Origin: Actinomycetota bacterium
GTDB taxonomy: Bacteria > Actinomycetota > AC-67
Assembly: GCA_036397035.1 (NCBI GenBank)
Contig: DASWJS010000029.1
Location: 132-64,131 of the forward strand
DNA: 64,000 nucleotides
Reading direction: 5' to 3'
Part shown: piece by piece, positions 11,482 through 21,374 of the stretch
Position numbering within the stretch: position 1 is the first letter of the stretch
How the letters are laid out: each line of letters starts with the position of its first letter
Made by a program: the position numbers and the translations under genes
Notes under the pieces: model-generated
Databases searched by the model: none
What the model saw: the letters and a program-made list of their open reading frames with translations, nothing else
Told to the model about the DNA's origin: nothing

Positions 11482-13047
11482 TTGCGCGTGCTCCCCGAGG
11501 ACCTTCGAACCGCCTACAGCCGCGCCGGCGCCTGGGGTGGCGAGACCCTGCCGCAGCGCCTCGCTTCCGTCGTCGCGCGCGAGCGAGATCGCGTCGCAAT
11601 CGTCGACGGCTCGGCCGCGATCACGTTCGAGCATCTGGGCGGGCTCGTCGAGCGCGCGGCGGCCTTCCTGGAGGCTGCCGGCGTCCGGCCCGGCGAGACC
11701 GTGACCTGGCAGCTCCCCGGCTGGTGGGAGGCGGCGGTCGTCCATCACGCGATCCTTCGGCTCGGCGCCGTGCCCAACCCGGTACTGCCCACGATCGGCG
11801 AGGCCGGGCTGCGGGCGGTGCTCACGCAGGTGCGTCCGCGCTGCTTGATCGCGCCGGCGACTTTCCGCGGCGCCGACCTCGGCGACCGGGCGCGCGCGCT
11901 TGCGGCCGAGCACGACGTCCCGCTCGTCCTCACCACGCGGGGCGGCACCCTGGACCCCGCGTTCGCTCGCCCGGCCGCGCCCGGCGCGCCGGTGCCGTCC
12001 GACCCGAGCGCCATCGCGCTGATCCTGATGACGAGCGGCACGACCGGCGCGCCGAAGGGGGTCCTGCACACCCACGACGGGCTGCTGTGCGAGGTGGACT
12101 CGTTTCCCGTCATCCACGGCCTGACGACCGCCGACCGGTACCTCGGCGGAGCGCCCGTCACCCACATCGCCGGCCTGGCCTACGGGCTCCTTGCGCCGGC
12201 GGCGCTCGGCACGAGCACGGTGCTGCTGGAGCGATGGGACCCCCGCGCCGCGATCGTCGCGATCGTCGAGGCCGGGGCGACGTTCCAGACCGGACCGCCG
12301 ACGCTTCTGCAGACGCTCGCCGAGGCGCGCGGACGCGCCGACACCTCGGGGTTCCGCCTGTTCTCGACCGGCGGCGCCCGCATCGACGCGGCCGCCGTTG
12401 CCGAAGCGGGGCGCGCGCTCGGCTGCGTTGTCAAGCGCGCGTACGGCTCGACCGAGATCCCGACGCTGACGGCGAGCGCGCTCGACGACGACGAGGAGAC
12501 GCGCCTTCGCACCGACGGCCGGCCGATCGGCCTCGGAGAGGTGCGGATCGTCGGCGCGAACGGCGAGGCCCTCACGGCCGGCGACGAGGGCGAGATCTGG
12601 GGCCGCGCCCCCGAGATGCTCTTCGCGTACGCGCCCGAGGACGCCGCGCCCTTCGCCGCCGACGGGTGGTTCCGAACGGGCGACCTCGGCGTGCTGGACG
12701 GCTCGGGCCGGCTTCGCGTGACCGGGCGGATCAAGGACGTCATCATTCGCGGAGGCGAGAACGTCAGCGCGCAGGCGCTCGAGCTGCTCCTCGGCGAGCA
12801 CCCCTTGGTCGACGCGGTGGCGGTGATCGGCGTGCGCGACGATCGCTTGGGCGAGCGCGTCTGCGCGTGCGTCGTGACGCGCGACGCGCGTCTGACGCTG
12901 GCGGACCTCACGACGTTCCTGGCCGCCCGCGGCGCCGCGAAGCACACCTGGCCCGAGCGCCTCGAGCTGCTCCCCTCGCTCCCCCGCACCGAGTCCGGCA
13001 AGGTCCGCAAGGACGAGCTTCGCGCCCGCTTCGCAACCGCCTCGTAG
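11482..13047 (+). CDS. AMP-dependent synthetase/ligase (acyl-CoA synthetase family)
   Basis: LMTSGTTGAPKGV AMP-binding motif; TTG/GTG start. Confidence 0.85.
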   Translation: MRVLPEDLRTAYSRAGAWGGETLPQRLASVVARERDRVAIVDGSAAITFEHLGGLVERAAAFLEAAGVRPGETVTWQLPGWWEAAVVHHAILRLGAVPNPVLPTIGEAGLRAVLTQVRPRCLIAPATFRGADLGDRARALAAEHDVPLVLTTRGGTLDPAFARPAAPGAPVPSDPSAIALILMTSGTTGAPKGVLHTHDGLLCEVDSFPVIHGLTTADRYLGGAPVTHIAGLAYGLLAPAALGTSTVLLERWDPRAAIVAIVEAGATFQTGPPTLLQTLAEARGRADTSGFRLFSTGGARIDAAAVAEAGRALGCVVKRAYGSTEIPTLTASALDDDEETRLRTDGRPIGLGEVRIVGANGEALTAGDEGEIWGRAPEMLFAYAPEDAAPFAADGWFRTGDLGVLDGSGRLRVTGRIKDVIIRGGENVSAQALELLLGEHPLVDAVAVIGVRDDRLGERVCACVVTRDARLTLADLTTFLAARGAAKHTWPERLELLPSLPRTESGKVRKDELRARFATAS

Positions 13048-13056
13048 ACTGCGCGC

Positions 13057-13929
13057 GTGGATCCCAAGACACTCAACGCGCTCGTTCACGATCGTGAGGC
13101 GGCGTTCTACGACGACCGCTTCCTGATCGACTACGACGGCCGCATCGGACGCGAGGTTTCGCGCGACCTGCGCAGGCTGACCGGCGAGACGCTGCGCGTG
13201 AAACGAGCGCTCGACCTTGCGTGCGGGACGGGCTACGCGGCGATCGGGCTCGCGATCGCGGAGATCGCCGACGAGGTGCACGGCTGCGACCTGTCGCGCG
13301 AGATGCTGCGGCGCACGCGCGACAACGCGGCGGCGGCGGGAACCGTCGTCCGCGCGCTCGCATCCGATGCCGAGCTGCTCCCCTACCGCGACGGCTGCTT
13401 CGACCTGGTGATCGCGCGCGGGGCGCTGCACCACGTTCCCGACCCGCTCGCGGCCCTGCGCGAGATGCGGCGCGTGCTCGCGCCCGGCGGCGTCGCGGTC
13501 GTCATCGCGGAGCCGACCGCTTCGGGCGAGCGTCAGGTCGGCGCCGTCGTCGGCTCGCTCGTTCGTGTCGTGGAATCGGCGCGCCGGCTGCGCGGGAGGC
13601 AGCAGACCGCGGACGAGGCCGAGCACCGGCACTGGGAGCTGGCCTCGATCGCTGCGAACCTGCACACGTTCGCGCCCGAAGAGATCGCGACGCTCGCCGA
13701 GAAGGCGGGCTTCGAGGACATCACGGTCGGCACCGCGTCGTGGGCGTGGATCCTCGCGCTCGGCGTGAACTACTACCTGGTCGGGGAGTTCGAACGGCTC
13801 GCCCGATCCAGGACCGTCCGGCGCGCGGCGCGCGCGCTCGCCGGCGCAGGCGCCGCGTTCGATCGAGCGGTGGCGGACCGCTTCCTCCCGCCGGGCCTTC
13901 GCCACACGGTGCAAGGCGTCTTCCGATGA
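13057..13929 (+). CDS. class I SAM-dependent methyltransferase
   Basis: LDLACGTG motif; GTG start. Confidence 0.75.
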   Translation: MDPKTLNALVHDREAAFYDDRFLIDYDGRIGREVSRDLRRLTGETLRVKRALDLACGTGYAAIGLAIAEIADEVHGCDLSREMLRRTRDNAAAAGTVVRALASDAELLPYRDGCFDLVIARGALHHVPDPLAALREMRRVLAPGGVAVVIAEPTASGERQVGAVVGSLVRVVESARRLRGRQQTADEAEHRHWELASIAANLHTFAPEEIATLAEKAGFEDITVGTASWAWILALGVNYYLVGEFERLARSRTVRRAARALAGAGAAFDRAVADRFLPPGLRHTVQGVFR

Positions 13930-14579
13930 AGACCGAGGCGGCCACCTTCGAGTGGGAGCGCGGAGCGGTCTCGGGCGTCTGGCACCACCCCGACGGGGGC
14001 GACACCTACCTCGTGCTCGCGCACGGCGCGGGCGGGACGATGGACACTCCCTCGATGCGAGCCTTCGCCGACGGGATCGCCGAGCGCGGTCTCGGCGCCG
14101 TCCGCTTCAACTTCGGCTACGCCGAAGAGGGCAAGCGCGCGCCGAGCAAGGCGGCGATCCTCGAGTCGTGCTTCCGGTCGGTCGCGGACCGGGTCGCAGA
14201 GCGCGCGGCGACGGTCCTGCTCGGCGGGCGGTCGATGGGCGGGCGGATGGGCTCGCACCTCGCGGCGGCGGGATACCCGGCCGCCGGGCTCGTGCTCCTC
14301 GCCTATCCGCTCCACCCGCCGGGAAGGTTCGACCGGCTTCGCGACGCGCACCTGGGCGAGGTCCGCGTCCCGATGCTCTTCCTGCAGGGGACCAACGACG
14401 CCTTCGCACGGCCGGACCTGCTCGCCGCGACGATCGGGGCGCTGCCCCTGGCGACGCTGCACGCGATCGAAGGAGCCGATCACTCTCACCGCGTGAAGGG
14501 CAGGCCGCAGGCCGAGGTCGTCGGCGAGCTGGTTGCCACGACCGTCGACTGGGCGAGAAGGATCGGCGTGATCGCCTGA
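13926..14579 (+). CDS. alpha/beta hydrolase (dienelactone-hydrolase-like)
   Basis: ATGA overlap with the upstream gene; GGRSMGG nucleophile elbow. Confidence 0.7.
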   Translation: MKTEAATFEWERGAVSGVWHHPDGGDTYLVLAHGAGGTMDTPSMRAFADGIAERGLGAVRFNFGYAEEGKRAPSKAAILESCFRSVADRVAERAATVLLGGRSMGGRMGSHLAAAGYPAAGLVLLAYPLHPPGRFDRLRDAHLGEVRVPMLFLQGTNDAFARPDLLAATIGALPLATLHAIEGADHSHRVKGRPQAEVVGELVATTVDWARRIGVIA

Positions 14580-14591
14580 GCGGGCGGACGC

Positions 14592-15059
14592 TCAGTCGGT
14601 GAGCATCACGGTCACGTACGCCCTGCCGTCCCCGTCGCGCACGAACCCGATTCCGACCTTGCGATAGCCGTCTTCCAGGATGTTCGCCCGGTGACCGGGG
14701 CTGTTCATGAACGCCTTGTGCAGCTTCCACACGCCCGATCCCACGCCGACGTTCTCGCCGGCGACCGACCAGTTGAAGCTGCTCAGGACCGCGCCGAGTT
14801 CGCTGTGGAAGATCTCGGCCTCGGAGCGCATCTTCCTGCTGTGCTTGCGGGCCACGTCGCTGAGGCCGCCGACGATCCTCACCTTCGGCAGGCCGTGTTC
14901 GACGCGCGCGCGGTTGATCAGGCGCGCCATCTTTTTCTCGGGGGTCTTGACCAGCGCCTCGGCCGGCGGGGCCGTGGCCGCCGCGCCCGCCAGGAGCCCG
15001 GAAACTAGAAGGACGACCAGCGACAGCTTGGTCGTCCCACGGATTGCTGCAACGGTCAC
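14592..15059 (-). CDS. secreted CAP-domain (SCP/PR-1-like) protein
   Basis: Signal peptide; HG..P...W..L...A..HS..M; SPGHRANIL CAP motifs. Confidence 0.75.
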   Translation of the reverse strand: MTVAAIRGTTKLSLVVLLVSGLLAGAAATAPPAEALVKTPEKKMARLINRARVEHGLPKVRIVGGLSDVARKHSRKMRSEAEIFHSELGAVLSSFNWSVAGENVGVGSGVWKLHKAFMNSPGHRANILEDGYRKVGIGFVRDGDGRAYVTVMLTD

Positions 15060-15091
15060 GCTACGTGTTTCGACCCGGCCGGCGGCTCCCT

Positions 15092-16294
15092 TTACCCTCC
15101 GATAACGCCCTTCCTTCGCAGGTCGGTCAGTGATTCTTCGGACATCCCCAGCAAACCGCGATAGACCTCATCGTCATGTTGGCCCAGGGCCGGCGCGCCG
15201 CGTAGGACTTTCGGAGGAGTCCGGCTCAGGCGCGGCACGGCGCCTTGCTGCAAGATCGGGCCCAGAACCGGGTCCTCGACCACGATGAGTGACGACCGCG
15301 CTCGCACCTGCTCGTCCCCGGCGATCTGGTCGATCGAGTACACACCGGACACGGGCACTTCGTGCTCGATCAAGGTCTCCTCGATCTCGGCGAGCGTGCG
15401 CTCGGCGCACCACCCGGCCACGATCGCGTTGATCGCCTCGGCGTTGGCCGCGCGATCGGCGAGCGTGCGGAAGCGGGCATCGGAAGGAAGGTCCGGCTTC
15501 TTCATCGCCGAGCACAGGCGCGGGAAGAGCGCGTCGCCCGCGGCCACGATGCAGACGTACCGCCCGTCGGCCGTGCGGTAGTTGTCCAGCGGCGCCGAGT
15601 TCGGCAGGCGGTTGCCCGCGCGCTCGCGCACCAGCCCGAGCCGGTCGTAGGCGGCCACCGTCCACTCCATCACGCGAAGGACGCTCTCGTAAAGCGACAC
15701 GTCGGCGTCCTGGCCCGCCCCGGACCGGTCGCGCTCGATCAGCGCGGTCAGCACCCCGATCGCCGAGAACAGCGCGCTCAGGTAGTCGGCGATCACGACT
15801 CCCGGCCGCACGGGCGGCCCGTCGGGGAAGCCGGTGATCCCGAGCAGGCCGCCGAGCGCGATCCCGTTGCGGTCCAGGCCCGGCCGGTCCCGGTAGGGCC
15901 CGTCCTGCCCGAAGACGCTCACGCGCGCCACGACGAGCTTCGGGTTGACCGCGCGCAGCGACTCCGGCGCCAGGTTCCAGCGCTCCAGCGTCCCGGGGCG
16001 GAAGTTCTCGACGAGCACGTCCGCATGCTCGACCAGCCGGCGCAGAACGTCCTGGCCATCCGGCTTCGAAAGGTCGAGCGTGATCGATCGCTTCCCGCGT
16101 CCCTCGACCGCCCAGAACAGCGACGTGCCGTCGGCGAAGGGTCCGATCGAGCGCATGAAGTCCCCGCCGTCGGGGTGCTCGACCTTGACCACGTCGGCGC
16201 CCAGCTCGCCGAGCAGCGTGGCGCAGAACGGCGCGCCGATCCGCGTGCCGAGGTCCAGCACGCGGATGCCGTCGAGCGCTCCGCCAGTTCCCAC
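15092..16294 (-). CDS. CoA transferase family III (CaiB/BaiF-like)
   Basis: GIRVLDLGTRIGAPFCATLLGELGADVVKVE N-terminus; GTG start assumed; the ORF track extends further upstream in a low-complexity frame. Confidence 0.8.
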   Translation of the reverse strand: MGTGGALDGIRVLDLGTRIGAPFCATLLGELGADVVKVEHPDGGDFMRSIGPFADGTSLFWAVEGRGKRSITLDLSKPDGQDVLRRLVEHADVLVENFRPGTLERWNLAPESLRAVNPKLVVARVSVFGQDGPYRDRPGLDRNGIALGGLLGITGFPDGPPVRPGVVIADYLSALFSAIGVLTALIERDRSGAGQDADVSLYESVLRVMEWTVAAYDRLGLVRERAGNRLPNSAPLDNYRTADGRYVCIVAAGDALFPRLCSAMKKPDLPSDARFRTLADRAANAEAINAIVAGWCAERTLAEIEETLIEHEVPVSGVYSIDQIAGDEQVRARSSLIVVEDPVLGPILQQGAVPRLSRTPPKVLRGAPALGQHDDEVYRGLLGMSEESLTDLRRKGVIGG

Positions 16295-16336
16295 CCGCGC
16301 GCAGCATAGCCTCGCGCCCCGCGTACACTGTCGCCC

Positions 16337-17395
16337 GTGTCCGAGCCCCTGAACCTGGAGGAGTTCGAGCCGATCGCGCGCGAGCGGCTCGACGCGGGCG
16401 TCTACGACTACTACGCGGGCGGCGCGGACGACGAGATCACGGTCGCAGCCAACCGCTCGGCCTTCCAGCAGATCGCCCTGCGCTACCGCGTCCTGGTCGA
16501 CGTGTCGGCGATCGAGACTTCGTGCGAGGTCTTCGGGGCGCGCCTGGACTGGCCGGTGATCCTCGCGCCGACGGCCCTGCACAAGATGGCCCATCCCGAC
16601 GGCGAGGCGGCGACCGCTCGCGCCGCTGCGGCGAGCGCGACGCTGCAAACCCTGTCGTCGATCTCCTCGATCGCGCTGGAGGACGTCGCCGCCGCGGCGC
16701 CGGGCGGGCGCCGGTGGTTCCAGCTCTACCACTTCGGCGACCGCGCGGTGAGCGAGGCGCTGATCCGGCGGGCGAGTGAAGCCGGCTACGAGGCGATCGT
16801 GCTCACGGTGGACGCGCCGCGGCTCGGCCGGCGCGAGCGCGACTTCCGCCACGAGGTCGTCATCCCGCCGGGCATCGACCCGGTGCACTTCACGGTCGAC
16901 CCGCGCACGGTCACCGGCGAGGACCAGCCGCTCGCGACCTACATCGACCAGCCCTACCTCACCTGGGACGATCTCGCGTGGATCAGGGCCGCCTCCTCGC
17001 TCCCCGTCCTGATCAAGGGAGTGGTTCGAGCCGACGACGCCAAGCGCGCGCTCGACGCGGGCGTGGCGGGGCTCTGGGTCTCAAACCACGGCGGGCGCCA
17101 GCTCGACACCTCGATCCCGACGGCGCGCGCGCTCCCCGAAGTCGCCGAGGCGGCCGCGGGGCAGGTGCCCGTGATCGTCGACGGCGGGGTCCGGCGCGGG
17201 ACCGACGTGCTCAAGGGGCTCGCGCTCGGCGCGGACCTGGTCGCGATCGGGCGGCCGCAGCTCTGGGGACTCGCGGCCGGCGGCGAGGAGGGCGTCGCCC
17301 GCGTGCTCTCGCTGCTGCGCGACGAGCTGACCCTGGCGATGGCGCTCGCCGGGTGCCGCTCGATCGCCGAAATAGGCGCCGATCTGCTCGCCTGA
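16337..17395 (+). CDS. FMN-dependent alpha-hydroxy-acid dehydrogenase (L-lactate dehydrogenase / glycolate oxidase family)
   Basis: 352 aa; LIKGV..VSNHGGRQLD..VDGGVRRGTDVLKALALGA motifs. Confidence 0.85.
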   Translation: MSEPLNLEEFEPIARERLDAGVYDYYAGGADDEITVAANRSAFQQIALRYRVLVDVSAIETSCEVFGARLDWPVILAPTALHKMAHPDGEAATARAAAASATLQTLSSISSIALEDVAAAAPGGRRWFQLYHFGDRAVSEALIRRASEAGYEAIVLTVDAPRLGRRERDFRHEVVIPPGIDPVHFTVDPRTVTGEDQPLATYIDQPYLTWDDLAWIRAASSLPVLIKGVVRADDAKRALDAGVAGLWVSNHGGRQLDTSIPTARALPEVAEAAAGQVPVIVDGGVRRGTDVLKGLALGADLVAIGRPQLWGLAAGGEEGVARVLSLLRDELTLAMALAGCRSIAEIGADLLA

Positions 17396-17440
17396 CGCGC
17401 GAAGGTGGCCACCGCCGGAGCAGGCGGGTAGCATCGAAGC

Positions 17441-17908
17441 GTGAACGTCGTCAATCGTCTCGCTGCGATCGCGATCGGCCTGATCTGTCTGGGCTTCATC
17501 ATGATCGGTGTCGCCTGGAACGGTGCCGCGAGCAGGGACTGCATCCAGTGTCAGTTCCCGTACGTGATTTCCGGTGGGCTCGGAGGGCTCGGGCTCATCG
17601 TCGCCGGTGCGTCGCTGCTGCTGTTCGAGGCCGGCCGCCGCATGCTCACCCGGCTCGAGCAGAAGCTCGACGCCCTCCAGCAGCCCGCCCTGCCCGCGGC
17701 CGCGCCCGCGACGAACGGAGGGGCGCCGAAGGCGACGGCCGCCAACGGCCGCGTGATCGTCGGCCGCTCGAGCTTCCACCGTCCCGATTGCCGCCTGGTC
17801 GAGGGCAAGGAGGACATGGACGCGGCCTCGCCCGACGAGGCGATCGCGCTCGGGCTCCAGCCCTGCCGGGTGTGCGACCCGCTGTCCGCCGCGGCGAAGA
17901 AGAAGTAG
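17441..17908 (+). CDS. hypothetical membrane protein (2 TM helices, CxxC pairs)
   Basis: GTG start; hydrophobic helices; CIQC / CRVC. Confidence 0.5.
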   Translation: MNVVNRLAAIAIGLICLGFIMIGVAWNGAASRDCIQCQFPYVISGGLGGLGLIVAGASLLLFEAGRRMLTRLEQKLDALQQPALPAAAPATNGGAPKATAANGRVIVGRSSFHRPDCRLVEGKEDMDAASPDEAIALGLQPCRVCDPLSAAAKKK

Positions 17909-17923
17909 CGGCGAAGAGGTATC

Positions 17924-18631
17924 TCAGCCGAGGTAGGCGGCGCGCAGGTCGGTCGCGCGCAGTTCCTCGTCGCCGCGGCCGCTGAACACGAGCGTCCCCT
18001 TCTGCATGATCCAGGCGCGGTCGGCGAGCTTCAGCGCGCCGGCGTTCTGCTCGACCATGATCACCGTGACGCCGCGCTCCGCGATCTTCTTGATGGCGGC
18101 GAACATGTCGAGCGCGAACTTGGGCGCCAGGCCCAGCGACGCCTCGTCGATCAGCAGCAGCTCCGGGCCCGCCATCATCGCGCGCGCGACCGCGAGCATT
18201 TGCTGCTCGCCGCCCGACATCGTGCCGGCGAGCTGGTCCTTGCGCTCGTAGAGCCGTGGGAACAGCTCGAAGGCGAGGTCCAGGTTCTCGCGGTAGCGCG
18301 CCGCGTCGCGGCGGCGGACCCACGCGCCGAGTCGCAGGTTCACCTGGACGGTCAGCGCCGGGAAGACGCGCCGGCCCTCGGGCGACAGCGCGATCCCCAT
18401 CGCGACGCGCGAGGACGTGTCGAGCTTGGCGATCGCGCGCTCGCGGAACGTGATCGAGCCCGACCAGGTCGGGAGCATGCCGGTTAGCGCCATCATCGTC
18501 GTCGTCTTGCCGGCGCCGTTCAGGCCGAGCATCACCCCGAACTCGCCTTCCTCGATCTCGAAGTTGATGCCGTGGAGCACCGGCAGCGCGCCGTAGCCGG
18601 TGCGAAGGTCCCGCACCTCAAGCAGCGCCAT
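17924..18631 (-). CDS. livF: branched-chain amino acid ABC transporter ATP-binding protein
   Basis: GLNGAGKTT, LSGGEQQMLAVARA; overlaps livG. Confidence 0.9.
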   Translation of the reverse strand: MALLEVRDLRTGYGALPVLHGINFEIEEGEFGVMLGLNGAGKTTTMMALTGMLPTWSGSITFRERAIAKLDTSSRVAMGIALSPEGRRVFPALTVQVNLRLGAWVRRRDAARYRENLDLAFELFPRLYERKDQLAGTMSGGEQQMLAVARAMMAGPELLLIDEASLGLAPKFALDMFAAIKKIAERGVTVIMVEQNAGALKLADRAWIMQKGTLVFSGRGDEELRATDLRAAYLG

Positions 18632-19403
18632 CGTCGTCCTCCGCCCCGAGGTATGCCGCGACGACCTCCGGATGCCGCTGGATCTCCTCGGGCCGCCCTT
18701 CGGCCAGCAACTGCCCGAAGTTCAGGCAGTAGACGTGGTCGCACACCCGCGCGACGAGCGGCACGTGGTGCTCGATCATCAGCACGGTGAGGTTCAGCTC
18801 GGTCCGCAGCTTCAGCAGCAGGTCGCCGAACTCGTGCGACTCGTCCGGGCTCATGCCCGAGGTCGGCTCGTCGAGCAGCAGGAACTCGGGGTCGCTCGCC
18901 AGGACGGCGGCGATCTCGGTGAGCTTCTGCAGCCCGTAGGGCAGGCGCGACACGACCTCGTCGCGATAGTCGAGCAAGCCCATGAAGTGCAGAATCTCGA
19001 GCCCGTTCTCCGCGAGCTGCTGCTCTTCGGAGAACGAGGCGAGCGACCCGAGCATCCCCGAGATCGCGCCGTAGCGGATCTTGCGGTGCTGGGCGGTGAG
19101 CATGTTGCTGAGCACGGTCGCGTTCTTCACCAGGCCGACGTTCTGGAACGTGCGACCGAGGCCCAAGCCCGTGCGCTTGTGCGTCGGCATCGACGTCACG
19201 TCGGCGCCGCGGTAGCGGATCGAGCCGCGCGTGGGCGCGTAGACCCCCATGACGCAGTTGAAGAACGTGGTCTTGCCGGCGCCGTTCGGACCGATCAGCC
19301 CGACGATCTCCCACTCGTTGACCGACAGGTTCACCGCCTCCAGCGCCTTCAGGCCCCCGAACTGGATGGAGACGTCGTCGCACTCAAGGACGGACACCGG
19401 CAC
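18618..19403 (-). CDS. livG: branched-chain amino acid ABC transporter ATP-binding protein
   Basis: GPNGAGKTT Walker A; HHVPLV C-terminal region typical of LivG. Confidence 0.9.
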   Translation of the reverse strand: MPVSVLECDDVSIQFGGLKALEAVNLSVNEWEIVGLIGPNGAGKTTFFNCVMGVYAPTRGSIRYRGADVTSMPTHKRTGLGLGRTFQNVGLVKNATVLSNMLTAQHRKIRYGAISGMLGSLASFSEEQQLAENGLEILHFMGLLDYRDEVVSRLPYGLQKLTEIAAVLASDPEFLLLDEPTSGMSPDESHEFGDLLLKLRTELNLTVLMIEHHVPLVARVCDHVYCLNFGQLLAEGRPEEIQRHPEVVAAYLGAEDDDGAA

Positions 19404-20445
19404 CTCCCGCAGCGACGCCGTGCCCCTCGCCCTTGAGGGAGAACGGCTTTCCGATGAGCCAGTTGGTGACCGGCCTGATCTGCTGCGCGACCCCGCCGGG
19501 GTTGAGCGTCAGCGTGAGCAGCAGCAGCAAGCCGCCGATCACCGGAATCCAGTGCGTGAGCGAGTTCAGCCACAGCGGAAGGATGGCGAACGTCGCCGAG
19601 CCGATGAAGATGCCGGCCCGCGACCCGAGGCCGCCGACCGCCACCATCAGAACGAACGTCAGCGCCATCTGAAAGTCGAACGTGCGGCTGATGACCGGTC
19701 CGCCCGGCGGCTGGTGGGCGAAGAACGCGCCCGCCACCCCGGCCAGCGCCCCCGAAACCACGAAGGCGAGCAGCTTGTAGCCCACGACGTTCACGCCGAA
19801 CGAGGCCGCCGCGTACTCGTTTTCGCGAATCGCCAGGATCGCCCGGCCCGCCTTGGACTTCAACAGACGCCAGTCGATGAAGTAGAAGAGCGCCATCACC
19901 ACGAACAGCAGGTAGATGTAGGCTCGCGAGGTCGTAAAGCCCGGGGGCGGCTGCGCGTTCACGCCCGCGTCCCCACCCGTCAGGCTCGGGTTTGCGAAGA
20001 GCACGTTCTCGGCGATGACTCCGTAGGCCAGCGTGATGAGCGCCAGGAACAGGCCCTTCAACCGGAGCGCGATTACGCCGAGCAGCACCGCGGCGATCGC
20101 GCCGCTGGCGGCCGAGGCGAACAGAGCGATCCAGAACGGCCAGCCGCCGTTCACGACCGCAAGGGCCGCTGCGAACGCGCCGACGCCGAAGAAGGCCTGA
20201 TGACCCAGCGAGATCTGACCGAGGTGCCCCATCAGGATGTTGAGCGAGATGCCGACCAGGACGTAGATCTGCGCGCGCTGGATCCACAATCCGTACGTGG
20301 TGATGTCCGGGACCGCGACGGGGATGAGCAACAGAACGGCCAGCACCGCGCCCATCGCGATCCGGCGCGGCAACCATCCTGCGGCATCGGGCTTGCCCTC
20401 GCGAAGCAGCGGCAGCAGCGAAGCGGTCATCGACTCCGTGGTCAT
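19384..20445 (-). CDS. livM: branched-chain amino acid ABC transporter permease
   Basis: Polytopic membrane protein; LivM family pattern. Confidence 0.85.
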   Translation of the reverse strand: MTTESMTASLLPLLREGKPDAAGWLPRRIAMGAVLAVLLLIPVAVPDITTYGLWIQRAQIYVLVGISLNILMGHLGQISLGHQAFFGVGAFAAALAVVNGGWPFWIALFASAASGAIAAVLLGVIALRLKGLFLALITLAYGVIAENVLFANPSLTGGDAGVNAQPPPGFTTSRAYIYLLFVVMALFYFIDWRLLKSKAGRAILAIRENEYAAASFGVNVVGYKLLAFVVSGALAGVAGAFFAHQPPGGPVISRTFDFQMALTFVLMVAVGGLGSRAGIFIGSATFAILPLWLNSLTHWIPVIGGLLLLLTLTLNPGGVAQQIRPVTNWLIGKPFSLKGEGHGVAAGGAGVRP

Positions 20446-20448
20446 GCC

Positions 20449-21351
20449 CTACGCCTCTTTCCCCATCAAGCCCGACGGCCGCACCATCAGGATCGCCAGC
20501 AGGACGATGAAGACGACGAGACTCGAGAAGCCGGGGAAGTCGAACTGCGCCTTGACGTACTTGAACTCGACGTAGGAGGCGAGGTTGCTGGTGATCCCGA
20601 TGATCTGACCGCCGACGAACGCACCGGTGAGGCTCGTGATGCCGCCGACGACGGCGGCGGTGAACCCTGCGAGCAGGAAGTTGACCGTCATGAAGCCCGG
20701 CGTGAAGACGCTCGCGGGCGCTTGCAAGATGCCGGCGATCCCGCCGAGGAGCGCCGCCATCGTCCACACCAAGCTGGAAACCCGCTTGGTCGAGATACCC
20801 ACCAGTTCGGTCGCCACCGATTCCTGCGACGTTGCCAGAATCGCGAGCCCGAGATCGGTCTTGTTGAAGAAGTACGTGAGTCCGACCCCCAGCCCCGCCA
20901 CCACCAGCAGCGTGAGGATCTCCTGCGGCCTGACGATGCGGCCGAAGACTGCGAAGCCGTCGCCGGAGACGGCCGGATCCATCGAAAAGATCGGCGCGCC
21001 GCCTTCGGTCAGCACTTCGCCGACCTTGAACATCAGCGCGATGAACATCAGCGTTATCCCCGCCGTGGCAACCAGCAACGTCACGCGCGGCGCGTCGAAG
21101 AGCGGACGCACGACAAGCCGCTCCATCAGGTATCCGACGAGCGCGATGCCGCCGAGCGTGAGGACGACCGCCGGCAAGTAGGGCACGTTCCATCGGTCGA
21201 ACAAGATGTAGAGCAAGAACGCGGCGACCGAGCCGAACTCGGCCTGCGCGAAGTTGAACACTCGCGATCCCTTGTAGACCAGCACGATGCCGAGCGCGAC
21301 CAGGCCGATGACGGCCCCCTGGATGATGCCGATCACGATGAAGCTGAGCAC
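20449..21351 (-). CDS. livH: branched-chain amino acid ABC transporter permease
   Basis: GTG start VLSFIVIGIIQG with GGGGGAG RBS; LivH family. Confidence 0.85.
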   Translation of the reverse strand: MLSFIVIGIIQGAVIGLVALGIVLVYKGSRVFNFAQAEFGSVAAFLLYILFDRWNVPYLPAVVLTLGGIALVGYLMERLVVRPLFDAPRVTLLVATAGITLMFIALMFKVGEVLTEGGAPIFSMDPAVSGDGFAVFGRIVRPQEILTLLVVAGLGVGLTYFFNKTDLGLAILATSQESVATELVGISTKRVSSLVWTMAALLGGIAGILQAPASVFTPGFMTVNFLLAGFTAAVVGGITSLTGAFVGGQIIGITSNLASYVEFKYVKAQFDFPGFSSLVVFIVLLAILMVRPSGLMGKEA

Positions 21352-21374
21352 GCGGTCTCCCCCGTCGTTCGCGC

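Noticed and set aside
10903-13914. 1003-aa ORF on - strand
   Set aside because: Antisense to the AMP-ligase, methyltransferase and hydrolase genes, which all have real motifs; the translation is compositionally biased.
17646-18323. ORFs antisense to livF and the small membrane gene
   Set aside because: They overlap bona fide ABC ATPase motifs on the other strand, and their composition is Arg/Gly-rich.
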